Shown: in pieces, positions 58,879 through 64,000 of the stretch
How the letters are laid out: each line of letters starts with the position of its first letter
Position numbering within the stretch: the stretch's first letter is position 1
Program-made: the position numbers and the translations under genes
From: Amoebidium appalachense
Taxonomy: Eukaryota; Protista; Ichthyosporea
Reading direction: 5' to 3'
Assembly (NCBI GenBank): GCA_963693365.1
Contig: CAVNZM010000001.1
Span: 16,735,840-16,799,839, forward strand
Length of the DNA: 64,000 nt
Notes under the pieces: model-generated
Told to the model about the DNA's origin: nothing
Seen by the model: only the letters and a program-made list of their open reading frames with translations
Databases searched by the model: none

Positions 58879-59442
58879 CTCTCTCAACACCCCCCTCCCC
58901 TCTCCAATCCCTTTTCACGTGTTAATCCTTGTGTGTGTGGGGGGGGGGGGGGGGGGGAGGGGGGGTTAACCTGTTTGAGCATGGTTAGCATCGCGCAGCT
59001 GGACCAGGGCCGAGTCCTGCTTGTTGAAGAGAATTTTGACGCGGTCCACATCGGCATACAGGCCCACCAGGGTGAACAGCATGTCGCACGTGAGCTTGTC
59101 GTTGACCGGCAGGTTGTTGAGCAGCAGCACCGCAGGCCCGTGGGACACACCCATGCCCATGGCTGGGCCCCCCATGCCTGGCGCCATGCCGGCTGTTAGG
59201 CAGTGGCCGGCAACGTGAGTTCGTGCCATGCTTGCACGTGCGGTAGGTGAAGAATATCTTATGCAATAAAAGGCTCGAGGTGCTAGGACCTTGTGAACAC
59301 ATAAATAAGGCGACACAAGAAACTGACACACGTCGTTCAAACTACAATATTATACATATATCTCTCCCTCTATGTGTATTCTTGGATCCACAGTGCCCGA
59401 AAAATTGAGTGCGGGTAAGGGCAGAGAGGGGGGGGGAGGGGG

Positions 59443-59485
<43 letters not shown>

Positions 59486-60104
59486 TGGAATGTCATACAG
59501 AGTACACAGAACACATTTACGACTAATAAGACAGAGAAAAATCTGCTTAGCACACACCCGCACACAAAAAAGGCACACACACAAAGGACATCCACCATAA
59601 ACTGAGCCCATTCTCGGGAGGGGGGGGGGGGGGGGGAAGGTACGCACCAACACCAATCTGGCCGTTGGAGGTGTTCATATGTTGAGGCATGCCCATGCCC
59701 ATGCCACCAGCACCGGAAGCACCGTCACCAGTCGGCAGGTTGGGGTTTGTGAAGTCCCTGTGGATGAACGGCATGGTGAGCATACGGGGTTAACTCAACA
59801 ACACCCCAAGGTGTGTGTCCTGTTGTATGTGCTTGTGTGGACGTGCACTAACAGCATAGAAAGTGTTCATGGGGTGACCAGGCAATGATACGTAGTGCAG
59901 CAGTTGCATGATGTATGTTGGCTAACCCTGTATTGGATGCAAGCAGTCGGGAGAGTCAGCCAGAAAGGAATCGGTGCGCCGAGAGGCGAGGGCAGAGGGG
60001 TGGAATATTACAAAGTGTACACAGTTACGATGGACAACACAACACAGGCCAAAGGGGGGGGGGGGGGGGGGGGGGGGGATATAGCATGCAAGTGTAAGCA
60101 AGCA

Positions 60105-60143
<39 letters not shown>

Positions 60144-60148
60144 ACCCC

Positions 60149-60182
<34 letters not shown>

Positions 60183-60428
60183 TACCACCACCACCAAAAA
60201 AAAACATGCTACACACTTAGAGGTCCGAACTCATGACTATACCCGTGAAACCTGCGACTCCCAACAAAGACACGTAGGGGCCCCCCCGGCAGACGTAATG
60301 CAGATATGAAGAAGGAACACAAAGGGTTATTAACCTTAATCGGCCCTTGCCGATGCTACTCAAGCCTCCCAATGCTAACGCCAACAGACACTTGTGCACA
60401 AGATAAGGAGGAGCAACACGCTCAGGGA

Positions 60429-60465
<37 letters not shown>

Positions 60466-61202
60466 TACAATGTATTACGAGTACAAAGTACAAATGCATG
60501 ACTGAACCACACGGGGGAGGAGGAGGGGGGGGGGGGGGGGGGGGGGGGTTTAAAGACCAGCTCTTCTCGTTGTTGTACTTGACGGTCAGGGTGGTGAGTT
60601 TGGACGGCTCGATCTTCAACGTGCAGCACCGCGCATACAGGTTCTGCCCGTCAAGCATCTGCACGGCAACGTCAGTGTCACTGTCTGGCATAGACCAGCA
60701 GCCCTGCAATGTGATATACATAACAGACACACCATGGTTATATCATATCATGCGGATACACAACAGACATTATGGTTATAAGGCATTGCATACTGTGTAC
60801 ACAACTGAAACACGATGGTCTCCTTCAATGCTGTGTGCACGACAAAACACACAGACATACCATGGTCTTACTCTTCGCTGATGTATACATAACGGAGATA
60901 TATGTATTCCCAACACAGGTACAATACTAGAGCAGATAAGCGCACCAGCACACCCAAACGACACACAATGGCTAGAATGCATATACACTCACCGTGCGTG
61001 CCTGCTTTGCGGAGCTTGCATCAGCAAACTGCACAAGACACTGGAACACACCTGCACATGCATGAATCAGTCAGCCTGACATGTTACATCATTCATGAAG
61101 GTAGCTACAAGGGGTGTATTAGCATGCAGTTTGTGAGCTAAAGGAGGGACCTCCAGGCAATAATCCATCCCCTCCCTCCCTCCCCCCCCCCCGCCCCCTC
61201 CT

Positions 61203-61259
<57 letters not shown>

Positions 61260-61413
61260 ACCACCACATACACACACACGCCTCGAGAACAAGCACACAC
61301 ACACCCCCACCCCCACACACATACACATAAACAAACACACAGGTGTGCACACACACACACGGAAACACACACACGGAAACACAGAGGCGACTGTACACCC
61401 AACAACTAAACAT

Positions 61414-61452
<39 letters not shown>

Positions 61453-61754
61453 TGCAGACACAGAGCTTTCTTGCTACAAAATCACAGACATGTAGGGAGA
61501 GCCACAGCTCATGCAACAACAAATAGCATATGCTCTAAAGGATTCCAGTCGTCGGCACAACAAACAAGCCTAGCGTACATCTATGAGCTTACCGTCACTC
61601 TTTGTGAAGGTGACCATCTTAAGAATCGTGCCGAACTTGGAAAAGACCTGGAAAAGGATGACACCTGTAAGCAGTTGTGTCGAATGTGCCCTGATTGGTC
61701 ATGAACTGTGCTTGTGCACAAGCATACAGAGGTACCCGAGGCATAAAAGCCCAC

Positions 61755-61793
<39 letters not shown>

Positions 61794-62655
61794 TTTTCGT
61801 GGTACTAATGTGGAGTGTGTGTGCACCTATATTGTCTCATAGATCGGCTTTGTCTGCCGTGGTTGACCTGCCACAGCCTTAAAGGCACATGATGACATAT
61901 CAGCCCTGCCCTTTTCCATAGGAAGGTGGGAAAGAGCGAACATAAGAAAGGGGATATGGAATGATATTGGAGTTGAGGAAGGAATGAGAATGGAGGGGGG
62001 GGGGGGGGGGGGAGGGGGGGGGTTACATTGAATAATATCCTGTAGGGTACGTGTCTCCTTGAAAAAAGCAAGGCAGAGCTGAATATAATTAGAGCAAATA
62101 CGACACAGGAGGGGTATTAGTGCACCAACCTGGCAGAGAACATCGAGGGTGACGGGGTAGAGCTGGTTGTGGATCTTGACCAGCAGGATGGTGCCGGCCG
62201 TGTTGCCCTCCAGGCTCAGGCTGGGGTTGGTCAGGTGCTGGTGCTGCGAGTAGCTGAAGTAGATGGCCCGCTTTCTGCACACCACACACCATTTAAGTCC
62301 CACTGTTTGGCCAGCTGTACTTGCATAATCGCCTGACGTGGGTTGTGGTGGTGGTAATGGACAACTTTTGGCTCCAAGATTATTCGTAGAGGTAAGACTA
62401 TTGTGTAAAGGATGACCTGCATGCCAGTGCTGCTAATTTGGATAGAACATTTGGTTGTACAAACCACACGGTCTTCACTGAATCAGAACGTAACAGCAGG
62501 GACGGTATCAACCAAAGACCAAACGAGCGAGAAGTGGGAGTGAGTAGGCATGCAAAGAACGAGCACACACAACATTGAGGGTACATGTAAGCGCTTCCTT
62601 CTTAAGCAGACAACCCCCCCCCCCCCCTCCCCTCCACCGGGCAGTATATGCAATA

Positions 62656-62715
<60 letters not shown>

Positions 62716-63544
62716 TGTATGCGTTAGAGGGTTGGAAATATGGAGGACACAACAAAGAGCAACAACAAAACGTCACAAAAGTGGGAAATCCAAAATCAAA
62801 CAATTTGAGTGTGCAGGCAGAAGACACTTGAACAGGGGGGGGGAGATGCCAGAAATGCAGAGTATAAAGACCCCTTGTGTGTGTGTGTGTGTTTTGGGGG
62901 GGGGGGGGGGGGGGGGGGGGGAGGGGGAGATTGCCAAACCTAATCATTGGAGGTGTGGCGGTATAAACATTGAGCATGTTTGTGGCTGCCTCAGCCGACT
63001 CAAGCTCAATGAACGCCTGGAAAAACAATTACTTTAGCCGATAATCACACCCCACGACACGATCAAGAGAAAAAATGGAGCATTCCCTTTCTCTGTGCAA
63101 AACGACCAGCCCGTCGGACCTAAGAACTGCGACACACAACATATCCAAGCCAACAGAGCTAATATGGGGGCAAGAGGTCATGTGTTTCAACACAAGTGCC
63201 TGTCTTTTTCCTTCGAGTAGCAGGATGTGATCTTGGGCGTGCCCCCACCCCACACAAACCCAGCCATGATGCCCATAAAGCATCCTGAAAAACCTCCATG
63301 CTTTTTAACGTATAGCAAAGGGCATACTCCAACCCACACAATGCCCCCCAACGCCCCAAAGTGCTATGATAACACACCTGAGTCTTGCCCTTGAGCATGA
63401 GCACATTCACGACCCGACCAAACGGCTGGCCCAGCTGCAACAGCTCCATCTCAGTGCAGTCCGCAGGAACATTGCGGCAGTGCAGTACAGCAGAGGGTCC
63501 CTCAACACGCGCCCTCTTGGCACCTTCAGGGTAGCACCCATATT
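57515..63544 (-). CDS. PTB: Polypyrimidine tract-binding protein (four RRMs); the 5' end is probably beyond the right edge
   Basis: Exons ~63544-63378, 63016-62940, 62274-62130, 61647-61593, 61051-60993, 60658-60558, 59757-59648, 59192-58971, 58708-58605, 58070-57871, 57671-57515. Motifs [83 protein letters not shown]. The upstream boundary of the first visible exon is tentative. Confidence 0.95.
62717..62835 (-). mobile_element. Interspersed repeat family A, copy 3 (in a PTB intron, followed by poly-C)
   Basis: Reverse complement reads ctgttcaagtgtcttctgcctgcacac...ttttgtgacgttttgttgttg...cctccatatttccaaccctctaacgcatac, then a long C run. Confidence 0.7.
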
Positions 63545-64000
63545 CTTCAGGATCACAAACCAGAAGGGACAGCTTATGCAAAGATAGCTACAAGCAGTTG
63601 AGCAGAATCTTGCGGAATTGTTTCCTTTCCCACTCTCTTCCCTCCTTTCGCCTACTTGGGCACATCAGGTTTAGATAGCTATTTCTTGCAAGAGGTCTCA
63701 GTGTGAAATCAATTGAAATCTAACTGTTGCTGGCCAATTCTCAGACGATTTTCTATTTCCCATATTGCTCAGTGGCCCGTGTTTGTTGCATCACGTGTAA
63801 CAAGAGCCAAGCAAAAAGCTGTGAGATGTGTTGTCTTTGAACACAGACCACACCTACTCCAAAAAAAGCTACCCATCTCAACAGCAAAGTCGACGTATGT
63901 TATATGGTATATGCAGGCAGGTGGGTTTGTGGCAAGTAAGTGGGTATGTTCGTGTTTTTGTACCAAGATCTACACTGAACTAGGCAGAGATAGTTGGATA

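Overview
Intron-rich eukaryotic DNA, most consistent with a unicellular holozoan or other opisthokont protist (inferred from gene content and apparently animal-like intron positions; not verified). Most ORFs in the supplied track are artefacts of poly-C/poly-G, (CA)n and (CT)n tracts, so I assembled genes by hand from splice sites and frame continuity. Genes found: the 5' exon of an hnRNP L-like gene (-); a 6-exon RD/RE-repeat protein with a WAC-like C-terminal coiled coil (+); a 21-exon, ~970-aa protein with two Rubisco-LSMT-type SET modules and an N-terminal neurabin/Phactr/Bni4-type PP1-docking string (+); two lesion-bearing F-box/LRR paralogues in opposite orientation; APRT (+); a truncated CHRD-domain fragment abutting a decayed Gypsy pol that carries a nested solo LTR; an insect-AANAT-like GNAT with two homopolymer frameshifts; and a 4-RRM PTB gene (-). 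The most interesting signals are (i) the PP1-docking, double-SET methyltransferase architecture; (ii) a stereotyped intron grammar, with sense-strand poly-C just after the 5' splice site, distant CTAAC branch points, (CA)n running into the AG, and complementary repeats at opposite intron ends; and (iii) two short interspersed repeat families whose copies all end in poly-C. Homopolymer lengths and single-base frameshifts may be assembly errors.
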